This document shows positions 26,267-41,800 of a stretch of DNA of 64,000 nt, piece by piece. The DNA is from Scophthalmus maximus (lineage: Eukaryota), in NCBI RefSeq assembly GCF_022379125.1, contig NC_061519.1, positions 23,983,101 to 24,047,100 on the forward strand, written 5' to 3'. The notes under the pieces are model-generated. The model saw only the letters and a list, made by a program, of their open reading frames with translations. It made no database searches and was not told the DNA's origin. A program made the position numbers and the translations under genes. Position 1 is the first letter of the stretch. Every line of letters begins with the position of its first letter.

Positions 26267-29200
26267 TGAGAGCTTACTTTATCACTTTTCAATTCAGTGA
26301 TGGAACGTCCCAGTCCTCCTGACCAGAGCTGGAGCTGTTTCACAGGAAAACAAGAGTATAAGAGTCTTTAGGAACTAACACAGACACAAAAAATTCATAA
26401 TCATTTACCTGAAGTCATAATATATCCTTCATGAAACCCAAAATTTCAAAAGGTACCACTTAACTACCCGATAAAGATCATTTTGAAGTTTTTGATTAAA
26501 AAATAATTCCAAATGTTTTTCAAGATCTCTACTCCTGAACCTATATGATTACAGACAGATGGACATATTGATCACTGTGTCCCCAAGTGTATGAAAATAA
26601 AGACACTGTTCAATGTAAAATAAGTGAGAATATTAGAATAACTGCACATTCAGAAAAAAAGGCTTAATACATTTTTATGAATGCAACTAATGCGCTGACA
26701 AAACAGCTGATTTGTTTTGATCTGAGCCTTCATCAGAGCATCAGTCAATTTCTTCATCATGTTCTTCTTAATATGGTTTCGCAATTGTGTACCTGTATGA
26801 ACATATACTCTTTATAAATTAGCTTACAAATGTGTAAAATGTTTATTGTTTCACGGTACTGTAGCCATTTGTTTGAAAAAAACAAAAATACCCTTTTTCT
26901 GAGTTTCTGGTTCAAGGGTAAAGGAGTAAAATCATAATATCATTACGATGCCGGTTCAGTATGTACACTCGGCGACGTCTCACCACGTGATCCGAGCCGG
27001 CGCTGAGCATCATGGCTCCTTCATCCAGGAAGGTGAGGACCTCTGTGGCCCCGTGGTGAGCCTGGAAACAGCCCACACAGGTGGAGGAGGGCAGCGACCA
27101 CACCCTCACCTCTCCGGATATCGAGCCTGAGCAGAGCATGGAGGAGGAGGAGGAGGAGAAGGAGAGACTACGCACTGAGCGCTGGTGACCACACAGGGAC
27201 TGGGAGGGAAAGACAGTAGAGAAATCTCTTAATCTTTAAAAACTGTTTGCAAATGAACGTTTTTTTTTTATTTGAAAGAGCGAACGTCACGCTGACTCCG
27301 GCAACGAGCAACATGCAGCATTCCTCTGGTTTCTCTCCGCTGCTGTGGACTCACAGTTTCAGTTTTATCCTGGAGCCAGTTCCACACGATCACTTTCCCA
27401 TTCCAGCAGCCGGCCGCCAGCAGGTGACCCTCGGGGTCAAAGGTCACACAGTTCATCGGGCTAGGGCTGGTCAGGGCGGCGACCTCGTGGCACTTAGCAG
27501 AGGACCACACCTGATGGGCGGAAAAACGTTTAGGTACACAAACAATAAACGAATCCAAAAAATCTATCAAACGCCAGAAAACCAGTAACAGATTTTGCGA
27601 ATTGAAGAACAAATAAAAAACAAACAAACAAAAAGTTTGGGACCAACTTTGAGCGTGAAGTCCAGAGACACGGTTGCGAGGTGCCGATGGTCTGCGGTGA
27701 TGTCACTGGCCGTTATCGTATTCGTGTGGCCGTTGATAAAAGCCGTTCTGCCAGAAGAGGAAACAAAACACAAGTCATGTATATTCGAGCATCGTAAACC
27801 TGATTGTGTCTGAAGAAATATTCAGAATGTGGGATTTGTAGAGTCTGACGAACATTCCCAATTCCTCAGGACTCTCACCTGCAGCCGTTCCCGATGTCCC
27901 AGATCTCTATCCGTCCGTCGAAGGAGGTGGTGGCGAGATGTCCGTCCCGCAGAAAGACGCAGCTCGAGATGCCGTCACAGCTGCTCACCAGTGACTTCAC
28001 TTTCTGCTCACAGAGCGGAGAGACAGTCCACTTCAGACAGTTTTTGCAGCTTGTTTTCCTCGGCGTGACAGGTTAACAGTAGTTTAGCTCAAACACAGAA
28101 CATGACATACTGATATTTAACGTGTTTACGTGCTACAACATTAATTTCTTTTGGGGAATCAGATTTTGGGCGGTTGGTTTCAGGATTTTTGAATTTAGGG
28201 TAAAAAAAAGGCTCTAGTCAGGTTTTTACATGTGTTCAGAGTTCAGAAGTGTGGCAGGTTAAAGGGAAAGGAGAAAAAAACGAAGAATGGGAGAAATAAT
28301 TACCTGCTGCATTTGCGCATGGATTTTAAGTGTAAGTATGTATTTTTCTGTGCAAGCTGGTTTTCTTTTGTGTAACAGTAAATGCGCAAACATGTGAACC
28401 GCTGGTCTGGACTAGAGCCACGAATACCAACCAGTGAATCTACGAGGCCATTAAATGTGACATGATGAAAAAGTGAAACGATGAGGAGCGCACAGGAGGG
28501 AGGTAAATTATTACCCATAAAACCCCAAATCCTGGAGTTAGATTGAGTTCATACCTGTCGCGTCTGCACGTTGATTAAATGCAGCATTCCCTTTCCAGTA
28601 CCGACCACCATCAGCTCTCCGTCCGAGCTCGCAACCAAACAAGTCGGTTCGGAGGAGAAGGTCGAAACCAGCTCACTGCCGTGAAACATGACAAGACCAC
28701 CGACACATTTCTACATCAATATATAATCAAACAGCGACAAAAATATGATGCCTTCAAGGGATAAAGTTTAGAAATAAACTCCTTGCACACCACGTTCCTG
28801 ACGACCTGCTTACCTGGTCTCTTGACCAGTCTGATCTTTGTTGTTCAGCCACTCAACTACCCGGACCCCCCCCGTGCCCACCAGGCCTCGTGCCCAGCGG
28901 TGAGCGGAGGTCTCTGGAGGCTCGTTGAAGGCCTGCTGGATGAAGAGCGGCGGGTAGGACGAGAGCAGCGAGGCGTGACGACGCAGAAAACTCCAGCAGT
29001 CCTGTAAATGCTCCAAGAAGCCAACTGGGAGGAAAAAGAGACCCTTAATATACGGACTACTTTTGGGGGGGAGGGATAAAATATATATTCAAGCACTTAC
29101 AGGAGAGCGCTGACTTGTTAACTGCAAGAAAAGGAAAATTTCACAGGACACAATCATTAGGTTTTAGGTCACTTTGATTTTTTTTTCTCATTAAACGATC

Positions 29201-32200
29201 TTTCATCAAGGAGAGGTTTTGCTGAGTCAGTAGTTGCACCATTGATCCATAAGCGAAGAATTCAAAGGGAAAAGCATCCCCAAAAAAAATCATCCAAACT
29301 ACCAAAGGGAAATACAACACTCATCAGCACGTATCATCATCATGATGCATATACTCACTGTACGAGCTGTAGGTTTCCAGCAGGTGGTGCAGGAGGCCGT
29401 GGCGCACAAAAGCGTAGAGGAAATAGAAGCTTGAGAGCAAAGGACGGAGCGCCTCCAGGTGGCCACTTTGAATCTGACCATAGCCAAATAGAAAAAAAAA
29501 CAAGGAGTTATGAAGTTATGGATCTCTAACAACGTTACCATAAGATGCTCGACATTAAAGATATTTGAAACAAAAAATCTGAAGTAAATATTATCAGCAA
29601 CTGCACTTCTTTCTTTCTTTTTTTTACAACAGTGTATAAAGTTTCTCTGTATAAATTTCCTAGATTTGCACTGAGCACTCTTCAAAACACATTTTGAGTC
29701 TGACTTCACAGCAAGCTTTTACAAAACATTTTTTTAAACTGTAACGGTGTAAGGAAAAATATATAGTACCAAAAAACTATTTAAAAAAAAAAAACTAACC
29801 AAAGAGTAAAAAGGGGTAAATACGAATCAACTGAATCTTAAATTGACACTTATGTGAGTAAAAATTGACGAGCAGCATTCTGGATTTTGACTTCCTTCAA
29901 GTAACCATCAATGAGAATACGTATAAATGATGGCGTGTATTCATACTTTGGCTCAAATATTTAAGCTGTGCGGTATCTACATAACGACTGGTGGAAGAAG
30001 GTGACTGACCAGGTCGGAAGGCAGGTGCATAACGGAGTCGGCCTCACAATGGAGGAAGGTGTTTGTTCCCTGAGGGTCAGCAAGAGCCAAACGGTGACCT
30101 GTGAGAAGAGACAGAATACAGAACGAGTGGCAGTGACATGACACTTTTATGCATTGAGAGACAAAACTGGGGAAATAATCACCTGCAAGTACGAGATGAG
30201 CTCTGGTCCGGTCACCTTCCGCCGGGAGGAGGAAGTCCTCAAAGGCCCGCCTCACCTCCGGGTTCGTTAGAGTCAGCAAGTCGTCAGTGTCGTGGCAGTG
30301 AGACGGACCAATCAGACTGCAGGAGGCAAATCAAATAGGTTCTGAAATTTGACTGAGACGTCAGTTCACTGTTGATAAACAGACCTGAAAACTACCTGCA
30401 ACATGCGTCTATAAACACGTAACTATCAAACCTTGTGTTTTGTGTTATGTACATAAAAGAAGAAATAAGAAAATATAAAATATAAAGTATTTAAAAGTGA
30501 CCCTTGACATCATAAAAAAAAGGAAGCCCATATTACAGCATATTACACGAGAGTAAAGATAAAAAAAATATCTTTCTGTCAAAGTTTAACAAGAAAAAAA
30601 AAATCCCATTAATTTTAAAATGCAACCAATGTCAAATTCCAACACTGGGATTCCTCACTCTCGGATCTAACGCCTCTTTCAACTCATACTGGATCCACAC
30701 CTTTGTAAACTCTGCACTAAACGGGTGAACGTTGCCATGGGAACGCGTCCTTTGGGCTTCCTGGACAGTTGAAGCACTTCCTCCCACGACACGTGCTCGT
30801 CCCGCGGGGACAGGTCATTGCATGTGTTCAGCACCGAGTAAAAGTCTCTCTCCCTCAGGCCTGGGGATCGAGAGGGGGAAATTATCGAGGAGACAGTAGA
30901 CGAGTAGGAGAGGTTTGATACTTAAGGAAAACCATAAGGTACAGACAACAGATTTTCACACGTATTTTCTTGATTGGGATGTAGAGTTTGCTGCAGTGTA
31001 CCAAGATACTTGCAAAGCCAGTGATTAATAATGTGATATAAATGAATATCATTTTATTTATTCTTTATCCTTTCATTCTGTTACTCCCCCATATTGCACT
31101 ATTTACAACACAACATGCTGCGATTGCAAAATAAACCTCGTCTCCTCGCCTCATCTTACCGGCCGGGCTGACGGTGAGTGCGGCCAGGGTCCAGCGGAGT
31201 CCCGGCATGCCCCTGTGCTGCGAGCAGAGTCTGTCCAGACTGTGCTGCACCAACTGGCTCAGAGACTGAGGCAAGTCCTGCAGGCTCTCCTTCAACTGAG
31301 AACACAAAGACAAGAGGACACGATTGACGCGGCCGTTTATTATGATCCACACCACAGGCCCGAGCTGTGTCGTGTGCAGGAAGCTGAAGGATCAGATGCT
31401 GGATGTGCATGTATGTATGTAGAGTAGACACAAACATGATATATGCATGTATATATCAAATATCAGACGTGCACTGAAGTCCAGACATTTTCCTGAATTT
31501 TGTGGGAACGCAAATGTCTGCACGTGTTGCTCTGGACATTTTTACGGATGTTTTTTCAAGCAGCCACCGGTAAAATTTTTCGGAAAAAAGAGCATGTGAC
31601 AATGCAGCAGGAACATCTCAGGAAAATTCACAACGAGTGAGCGGGCGTGTTGACGACTGTAAACAAAGACTGTGCTTTCCGCTGCGAAATTATCGTCACG
31701 TCCTGCCTCCTGCATGCTCTACCCAGACGCCTTGAATGTTCTGGAAATGTTTCTGTTGGTGTGCAGCTCGTCTGACTCCGACAATCTCCTGCTGCGTTCG
31801 TCATACGCAAGTGGCAAACTCCGGAAAATGTCCAGACGCAATTTTCCGTATATTTTTTGGAGTTCCTGTCTGAAAACATCTTCAGTTTACCATCATCAGA
31901 TCTTAACAACTGTGAGGGTGAAAACAACATTTGAATTGGAGAGATGACTACGGTCAAAATACATTTTCAAAATGACTGCATATAACATTTTCAGGATAGA
32001 CTAATTGATTAATCTTAAACCAATCGTTTCACATATACTTGTTGTTATTTTTGCAATGGCGTAATTCTACTAGCTCATGAATAAAATGGCCATAAACATT
32101 CTGTAATGACTTCCGGACACAACAACATGATTCTGTTTTAGTGTCGAGACAAAGTGAAGTCAGACCTTATCAAAGGAGGCAAAGTTCCTCAGGTCTTCAC

Positions 32201-35200
32201 AGGCCAGATGCAGGTAGAGAGGACTCGCCGCTCCTTTCTTCGTTATCAGGGTCTGGAGCTGGACAAACAGAGCATAGTTTTTAGGGGACAAATTGATAAA
32301 CTACCTGTAGTGTAGGGAAAAAACGAAATTACACATAAGCAGGAGAACCTGGTTGTTGAAAGCAGCATCGCTGAGCTTCTTGCCGAAGGAGTCGAGTCCC
32401 TTCTGAACGATCTCCTTCCGGTCCGGCGTGGTGAGCTGTCCCAGGGTGAACAGGACCGCGCTTCTCTTCTTGGCCAGGGTTTGTAACAGAGCTGCTTTAG
32501 ACGTGATGCTTACAACCAAACACACACGCTGACAAGAGAGAGAGGCACAGATAAATCAAGCAGTGTGAATAAATATAGGCTAGCGGATATGAAGGAATGT
32601 GACAGAGAAACCCCATCTCCCTTCTTTTCTTGAATATTTGAACACTTGTGTTACACGTTGGTCGTCTCTCTACCTGTGGAAGCTGCTGTGGTATCCAGTC
32701 AGAGTTGAGTTGACCTCCGCCGTCTTCGACGACCTCCACCCCATCAACTATCAGCACCAGAGGTTTCTTCTGCTTCACCTCACTCAGCATGGAGTGGAAT
32801 TCCGACAACAAATCTCTGGGATAAGAAAAAAAAAAAAATAATCAAACAAAAACATGATTAATGCAAATGCGACATGATGTACCAGTACATCTTAACCAAC
32901 TGGAAGACAATTCAAAATCTCATCACTTGTAAGAGTGGGGAAGAGGTGATTTCTCCTCGGTGGCTTTGATTTTACAAAGCCGCTGAACGAGGCAGCGGAG
33001 AAGGTTCTCAACGGAGCGTGCCGATTGGCTGGCAGCTGTGGAGTAGGAGATGACGTCATACACCAGGTTTCTCCTTGACTTGGTTCCAGTCCTGAGGGCG
33101 TCTGCGAGAGCAGCCTGTGTGGAGACGGACATAAATGTGGGAAATAACGTTTTGATCATTTATTATTTCATTATATAATTGTTTTTTCTTGTCTGTATGG
33201 ATTCTGTACAGGCCAATGTCTTTGAGAAATTTACCATAAAGACAGTTTTGCCTTCTCCAGCTCCCCCCTCCACCACCATCATCCCTCCTCTGGTCTGGAC
33301 CTGCTCCACCATCTCCACAGCTCCGGACAGCAGCTTCCCTCTGCCGAAGAACTGCCTCTGCAGCGCCCCCTGGTGCACCTCCTGCTCAGTCGCATCCGAC
33401 GTGGCCTTGGCCTCATCGTCCTCCTGCCAAAACAGAGAGTAGATAATGAGCTGATCGTAATCTCCTTTCGTTTGAAATGATTAGATATGTTTGGTTGAGG
33501 ATCATTTTTTCAGAGTTACTAACTTCCAAAAACTGCTTCACAACTGCCACCCACAGGTCTTCCAGCACAGCTTTGCCAAAGTCCTCCAGGTCCTTCAGAT
33601 ACGGTTTCCCCTCCACAACACCTCCCCACTCACAAGTGTAACTACGACAGAGAGACGGAAACGCAGAGTCAGCCATGTTGCCCTTTGTGTCAGATCTTCA
33701 CATGCACATACTGAAAATAATACAGCAAAAATTAAAGTAGTAAAATGATTAACTTTGATTCGCTCTGATTAGCTGTAATCCAATAAACACTGAGTGACTG
33801 TTTTACAGCCTCAAATGGTAAATGTTAGATTTTAAAATGCAGCTCAACATCATTACACATTTTCCAGTCATATACTGCCATGACACAACTCACTTTTCAG
33901 TGACCTTGACGTCACTGGCTCGGATCCCACTTTTCAAAGAGGCCATTTTAGACTCAGCCTCCTTTGATTCAGGAACAAAGTCTGATCTCCAGGCCACTGG
34001 AACTGATCTGAGACACCACAACAAGAAAAATTGAATCATTAAATGGATTTCAAGCACAATGTTTGAATTAAAGACGCCACAAAAAGTAGTTAGTTCACAG
34101 TAAAAAGTCTTAATAGAAATTGTGATGCGTGAATTATATTGATTGATTGATTGGCAGCATACTTGGTGATAATTGGATCCCTGAAGTAGCAGAACATTCG
34201 CTGGTGCACTGTATCAGGGAAAAGAGCCTGAAACTGACGGATCTCCATCTCTGTGATGGACAGACCCACCGGGGCCGACGCCAGCTGCACACAGACAAAA
34301 AAAAAAAAATGATATAAAATATATATATATTTCCAATTAATTGAATCATTATTTCTATCACTTTAAAATAATAAAGGTAGCTAAAATAATTATCCCCTAT
34401 AGCACACAATCATGTAGAAAAATGTTCCATTTCCTGAATGGCCTGTTGATCAGTTAGAGTAACTAATAGTGGAAGGTCCAGTCACTGATGTTGCTACCTT
34501 TAAATATTATTTTTCAGATTCTGAATGAAACATATCTTCCCACTTGTATCTCAGGATAAACATTGTACAATTTTGTTCAAATGGCACAAACGCAAAATAT
34601 TCTTGTTTGAATTCATTTCGCCATGTCAAGTCTTACCCAGCTGTACTGCGGCAGGTCAGGGAGGACCGGTATGGGGGGCACCAGGCCGTAACGCTCCCCC
34701 AGGATTCCCACCATCATCTGGCTGCGACACACCTCCGACAGGCAGAGCTCGGTGGCCCGACCCGACTCCTCCTCTGTCACGCCCCAGCGCAGCTCCACCT
34801 CCTGCAGGTAGAGGCAGTGAGCGGCGGCACGACGCCGCAGCTCCGGGAAGACGCTCCGCACCAGGATGTCGCGCTCGGCGTGCATGTCTCGGAAGGTGGA
34901 GGAGACGAACACGCGCACACCTCGCCACCTGGAGCCAGAGGAAGGGAGTTGATGTTGAAGTAGTGAGGGAAACTTTTTAGGCAGTGGGCCTTTAACTGAG
35001 GAATTACCTCAACTTGGGGCAGGCTGGAATCGGGACGACACTGTCTGTGGTCTGAGGCTCTTTTGCTCCCTGTGGTGGTGGGACGTTGTACAGTTTGTCC
35101 AAGTGCTCCACATGGTCCATCAGCCTTGAGGATCCTCGTTCTGCCACAAACCTGATCACAAAGTTTACAGAAAGGGTTAATGACGTTCTTATTCGCTTTC

Positions 35201-37745
35201 TATGCACGAGTGAGATGAGAAGATCGATAACAGTTTAATGCCTCCGTGGTAAGTTGCAGGTAAATATGGTCACAATCCCCCCTGTCTGTTCCTGAGTTTC
35301 ATCCTTGAGTCCAAGAGGACGTTTCTGCCAAATTTGAAAAATTCCCTCAAGGCTTTTTCCTAAGATATTATGTTTTGTGCAGTCACAGGGATCTTGACCT
35401 TTGACCACTAAAATGTAATTTAATATAATCTAAGCTTCTAATCTATTTTAGCTTAGCATAAAGACTGGAAACAGGAAGAAACTGGCGAGTTAACAACATC
35501 CACCTCTCAGTACCCCTAAAGCTTGCTCATATTGACAGAGCTGTCGACCAATTGGTATCGATCTTCCCATCTAACTTTCAGAAAGAAATAATAAATAAAT
35601 TGGATTTTGCATTAAATGTTCTATTTTTACCTGAGCATTTGCTCACTGAAGCCCGTCAGCGTCACATTGTTTCTGTCCGGGGTGTATTCTGATGAGTCTC
35701 TGTGACGAGTCAACACAACAGCAGATACATTAGAAACAAGGGAAAGGAAACAGAAACCTGCCAAAAGCTAAATGTTAGTAAATGTTGTGTGGCTGTAAAT
35801 ACTGTATTTGAATGTACATTGGTGCATTAAATAAGCAACAGTCAAGTCTCGCGCCCCTATGGGTTTCCGGGTGGTATAATTGTTTGGTCACTGTCGTAAA
35901 TACTGGGAGAATGCTATCCTCTTCCTTGTTTTGGTTACACAATGGGTGACACAAATGATCAATTTGTAATATTTCCGGTGGCCAAGAATACAACATGGTG
36001 AAAGCAAGACTTATAGGACAGCAATATATGCGCCGTGGTGTCTTTTGTTATCGCCATTACATTGTGCAATTATTTTTACCCTCATAAATGACATGTTTCA
36101 GCCAAAAAGTGGCTTTAAAAACGGAGAGCACCCCCACCCGCTGTTATCAATGTCAGCTTCCTATGATATGTAGGCAGATATACCAGAAAAAAATCATGCA
36201 TTTACCCCTGTAATAAGATTTGCACCACAAGGGCTTTGTTGTTTACTTCCTTCCTGTAGTTGCTGATGGCGAAATCGTTGTTTGATCGACAGTAGTCAGA
36301 CAGCACGATGATGTTGTCGATCTGAGACACAAGAGCACACGAGCACGACGATCACATGAGGCGACCTGCACCGTCGTCATCATCTGTCAGTGGCTCTCAA
36401 ACATCTTACGGCATTGATGTGAAGCACAATGAATTTCAGGTCATTTCCTCAGCAAGCATCATTTAGCTACAGAGCTAAATGTACCTCTGGACTTGAATAC
36501 AAAAATTAACCTACTAACCTTGATTCTTTGGGAAAATATTTTGGAGAGGAAATTCTCGTCCCTGGCATCGTAGTTCATCTGAGCACATGACTGTAAAAGA
36601 TACGTATTAGTTAATAATATTAACCTTGAATGAACAGAAACTTCCTTCAATATATACATTTCACCCGTTGTTCAACCTATAAGCAGCAATATGATTCAGC
36701 TGTGTCCATCCTTATGACATTATCATTGCTTAGGTTATTTATTTGTGAAGGTAGAGACTTTTCTCAGTTCCTTTCTGAGGTGCTAACGCAGTAAACTTCA
36801 GCTTAATATTGATTTTTGGGGGGCCGATACCGATGTTAGGGACTACTACTCTTATGTCAAAGAAATGTAATTGATTAAATTAAATTACTTAAATTTATAT
36901 AACTATGGATAAAAAGAAAACTTGAATTAAGAAAAAAATATATTTAGGTAAAATGCACATCTTTTCTGCATTGATTATTCTGTAACATAAACTTCTTCAT
37001 ATCGGCATATAAACATCTGTGTCTGTGCAAAGGCTCATATCAGCTGATTACATCAGCCAACTGATATATCGGCCTGGCTCTGATGAATACTGCAGAAAAA
37101 TAAATAAAACTCCTGACCTCTACTTGCTTCATGACACCTCTGACATTTTCCAAAAGCACATCCGACTTCAGCTTGACCTCTTCACCGTGACTCCAGTTAA
37201 ATAGGAGGAGCTGGCTGTCCTCGGCACTGCTGCAGATCATCACAGAGAGCAAAGCCGCCACTTCCATCATCTGCAAAAAACAGGCAGAGAGAGGTATAAC
37301 TTATTAGTTTATTTTTGGAACCTGAGAGAAACTTTTCATCCAGCCTTCCCTTTGCGTTATTGCTGATCTGAAATAAAAACAGGCACCTACAGAGGGAGCG
37401 AGCTTGTCATCATCATCATTCTTTTTCTTTCTCCTTCTGCTTCTTCTTGGGGCTTCTTCCTCCTCCTCCTCCTCCTCCTCGTCTTTTTTATCGGGGTCTG
37501 GTGGGAGGCAGAAGTCCCGTTTCTGGTCCCAGGTGCGATTGTCATGCATGTCAGTGAAGAGGAGCACAGCGGTCCGCCCGGGGAGCGGGGGCACATTGTA
37601 ACGGCAGGAGATCTGAACCGCCGTCTCCAGAGCTTTGCGGTAACGGAGCAGCAGAGCTTCAGTGTAATGCCTCTGACTGGATGGACAGACACAAAAAGAA
37701 GGTGTGTTACATGACTGAGTATACGCTGTAATGATTCATGGAGTT

Positions 37746-37781
<36 letters not shown>

Positions 37782-38778
37782 ACCCGGAGATACAATCTCT
37801 TAAACATCCTGTAGGGGCATGACTGAAGGTTTTTACGCCAAATAAAGTTGTTGTTAATCAAAAGTCTGCTCTTTTGTATTTTCTTAATATGCAGAAAGTG
37901 GTCGAACAGTTTTTGGTGGTATTATTATGGGCAAAAAGTTGATCAATAATTGCATACATGTATGAGTTCATGTATAGTATATAACACTATGTTACTTTTT
38001 ATGTGGTTCATTTAAAATCAAACGTTTTGATTTCCACCTTAAAAGGGCAGCGAGTACTGGGAGATTCAACTCTAAAATCCAAAATATAATCAATATCACA
38101 CTGATAAGTTTACTATAAGGAGTCCAGGTCGTGATAATTGAGGAAATGATACTAGTAAAGGTGATATAATGTCAATAATTTCATGTACATAATAACTGTA
38201 GGCCTTATTTTTCTTTTACGACTGTGACACGGGTATAAAAAAATTATAAATAAAGGTCGTGAAAAGTCCTAAGTGTGGTTCACAGTGAAGAAATCCAAAA
38301 TTATGAAGACATAAGAGAATTAAAAATCAGCTAAATTATAAAACAAACACTGTCATACTTGGCCCTGAGGAGCTGGGCTCTCTTCGTTCGGTACTTTCGA
38401 TAGACAAATGGCACTTTGAGCGTCATCTTGACCCGGTTCTTTGGGGTCGTCTCCCATTCGAAGGACTTGGTGCGCTTGCACTTGGGAATCCCCTTCAGGA
38501 CTCCCTGCAGGGTTTCTTTTGTAGTGGGAAGTGCCTGGCACGATGTGGACGCTGAAGGAGGAAGAGGCAAAGAAGAGGTCAATCTATATACGTGAGCTCG
38601 CTGACATTAAACCAGCAACTGGTTTGATATTTTAGAATTACAGTCACAGTGGACATCTTTCTGCGTCGAGTGCTTTCACTTTTGCTACTTAAAAAACATT
38701 GTCCTGATTATACTCACACAATATACATATATATACATATATACATATACATATATACATATATATACACACACACAT

Positions 38779-38829
<51 letters not shown>

Positions 38830-41800
38830 TATATATATACATACACACATATATATATATACATACATACTTTTACATAAATAAGACTTTTACTGGAGTG
38901 TGGAATATGTTGACGTGTCTCACCCAAAGTTTGAAGCTCCATGATGACTTTGTAGGCAGCGAGGAATCTGAAGGGAAACTGTCGGCTCTGAATAACTGCG
39001 TTCTGTGAGCACATCACGGAAAAAACACAGTTACAGGGAACGTTACAACAGAGATAAGAACCACATAATCAACGCGGACGACGCATTATCGCTCTTTTCC
39101 CTCTGACTGTTTGTCCTATAATCTTTAACGGAGGGTCTGAGTGAGTGCTTCGCGACAGAGAGTCTCACCTTGTTGGTCAGCCTGCCGAGGATCTTCTTGT
39201 GATGAGCTTCACTGATACCCTGAGTGATCATGTTCCTCAGGTTCCTCAGCGTGGCCATGAACGGAAGAGACTTGTTGTCTGCAAGGCAGAGACGTCATTC
39301 ATCAATACGTGTGATCACTTGACAGTTTGAATATTTGTCGGGGGGTGTGTTATGCGCATGCTTGGAAGGATTAAAGTCAACGTTCATCTATGTATTGGAA
39401 AATACGTTTTTTTGGCGAGGACAGACAGTCATTTGTTTCCCATCATCATGCACTTTGAGCTTGTGTATGTCTGTGTAGCTTTTTCCCTCTTCAGACCTAT
39501 GAGTTTCTCCCAGGTGGCGGCCTTGTTGCCCTCCCGACTGAGCAGGCGCTCCCACGTCTCTGGCTCTTTGAGCTTCATCCTCTGCCCGAATCGCTCCCTG
39601 TCCCACGTGCCCTTGATTCCACTGTGGGTGAACGCTTTCAGGTCAGCGGGATACCTGGGACGAACACAGGCACGGCACATTTTCAAACGGACGCAGGACA
39701 AACTCGGTGAACATAGCTACTGCGCTGAGACCAGACACTTTTCTCCTGCATTGAAATGTTCTTCAACTTGTGTGTCTTACTTTTTTCCCAGAATGGCCAT
39801 GACGTGTTCTGCCGGTTCTTTGATGTGAAGCCTCTTGATCATCTTCTTCATGCTGAATTCATTCTGCTTTTTATCCACCACCACTTTGCTGCCCTCCACC
39901 TGCAGCTGCAAACACACACAAACCAGTTCAAAGTCATCCCCACCTCTGCAACTATAAACTGGAGTAAAAAAATGTAATGTTGATCTAGAACCAATAATTC
40001 ACTTTAAATCCAAAAGAAGTGTTTAGAAGTCATATTTTCTTTAACAAATACAGTTAAATCTAATATCTACACTAGACCCACGATCGCAAACACAGCAGGG
40101 AAAGATGTGGAATAAAATCAGGTAAGAAAAAAATCAGCTCATTCAAAAATATCTTATGATTAAAAAAAAAATTCTAAACGTATAAAAGTATATTGACTTA
40201 CAAATTTCTTCAGAATAGATGCCTCCGACCGGAGCATGGTCGCCCACTGTCTCAGCTGCTCGTTGGTTGGTTTCTGGAAACCAACAGAACAAACCGTGAA
40301 GTGATGGAGAGGAAACATTCACTGGATGTTAGAGAAATGACTCGGTTTCACTGAAATACAAACCACACAAAGTTTTTCTCCGTTTTCCGTATGGTTGGTT
40401 AACAGCACCAACAGGTCAGAGTTTTTCGATTGTGTTTTAATCACAGTGAAAACAAGAAATACAAGAAATCTCTAAAAATGACCAGCTTCTGTACCTTGCT
40501 CTTGAGACCTTTGCGGCTGTGTTTACAGCGATGTTTTCGCGTGTTGTATTTGGCCAGTTGATACTCGGTGAACTGCTTGAACTTGTCGGCCATGGCTTTC
40601 TTCAGGCACATCGGCAGCGAGTGGCTGAAGCACTGGACCACACACAGTCATAGTGGTGAGACAAAAACCCGTCGCAATCGTGATTCTACCACACAGCGGA
40701 CGCTCACTGAGACTTACTGCACTATAGATTCTGACGACTTCCAGCCAGTCGGACGGAAGCTGCACGGCGGCACAGAAGTATCTGCGGACATGAGGCTTGG
40801 TGGACGGCTGGTTGGCAGCCAGAGCCAATAAGAAGTTTGATGTGATGCGGATGTTCAGCTCCTGTCGAGCATAAACCGCCACCTGGATGGGAGAGAAATA
40901 TCAAACACACTGTACATGAATAGTGGAAATGATTATAACCCTTTAAATGTTGCACTGTGTTGGCTTCTTTGTTTATTTTCACAACAGCACCAACTTAACT
41001 TGTTCATGTCAGAATATCTGATCCAAAAGTTCAATCCACTGACAGACACGCATCAAAACTGTGCTCACCTTGAGAAGAAACTCTGGGTCATGGACAGAAA
41101 TGTCCTTAGCCAGGTTTATGATCCTGGTCCAAACACCGTCCTCTGAGTCCCACTCCTTCTGTCCTGGAGCCGTGCTCTTACTGACCAGGGAGCAACACAC
41201 TTCGTTCAGCAGGAGATACTGAGGCAGAAAGACAAAGAAGTGTGTGTTTTCAATACACATAAAATAAACAGAAAAATGCTGCAAAGAAAAGGGAGAATAT
41301 TTCTCTGACATGTTCTACATAAAGCAATGGTAAAATAGTTTCTTCTACCTTTTTGTCCGTCAGCTCCTCCTCAATATTGCCTTTTCCTCCATCGACCTCA
41401 GCGAATTCCTCCTGTCTGATGGCCGCACTGTCTTCCACTTCCTGGTCGACCAGATCGGTTTCCAGGAAAGGTGATTCCATGTAGGAGCTATCATAAACAT
41501 CCTCCATCTCCTCTATCTCCTCCTCATCCTCCTCTTCAGAAAAATCATCATCGTCCTCAGATTGCTGCAGAAGAATAAGACGGGATTTCAAAACAGCAAA
41601 ACCACCACGTGGTGTTTGTCGAATATTCTAAAGACGATTGTATTAGCAGCCAGGGGAGGCCAGGCAAAAGAAGAATAGTTCATGTACCACACTTGTCCCT
41701 TCAAAACTGGACTGCATCTCTTCAGATATTTCCTCCCTGCCTTCGTCTCCTCCGGCATCCCCCTTCTGTTCTCCAGCCAGACCACGAGGCAGGAATGAAG

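Noticed and set aside
35770-36000. 73-aa minus-strand ORF and nearby short ORFs in TEP1 introns
   Set aside because: No homology signal or splice-site support. Intronic chance ORFs.
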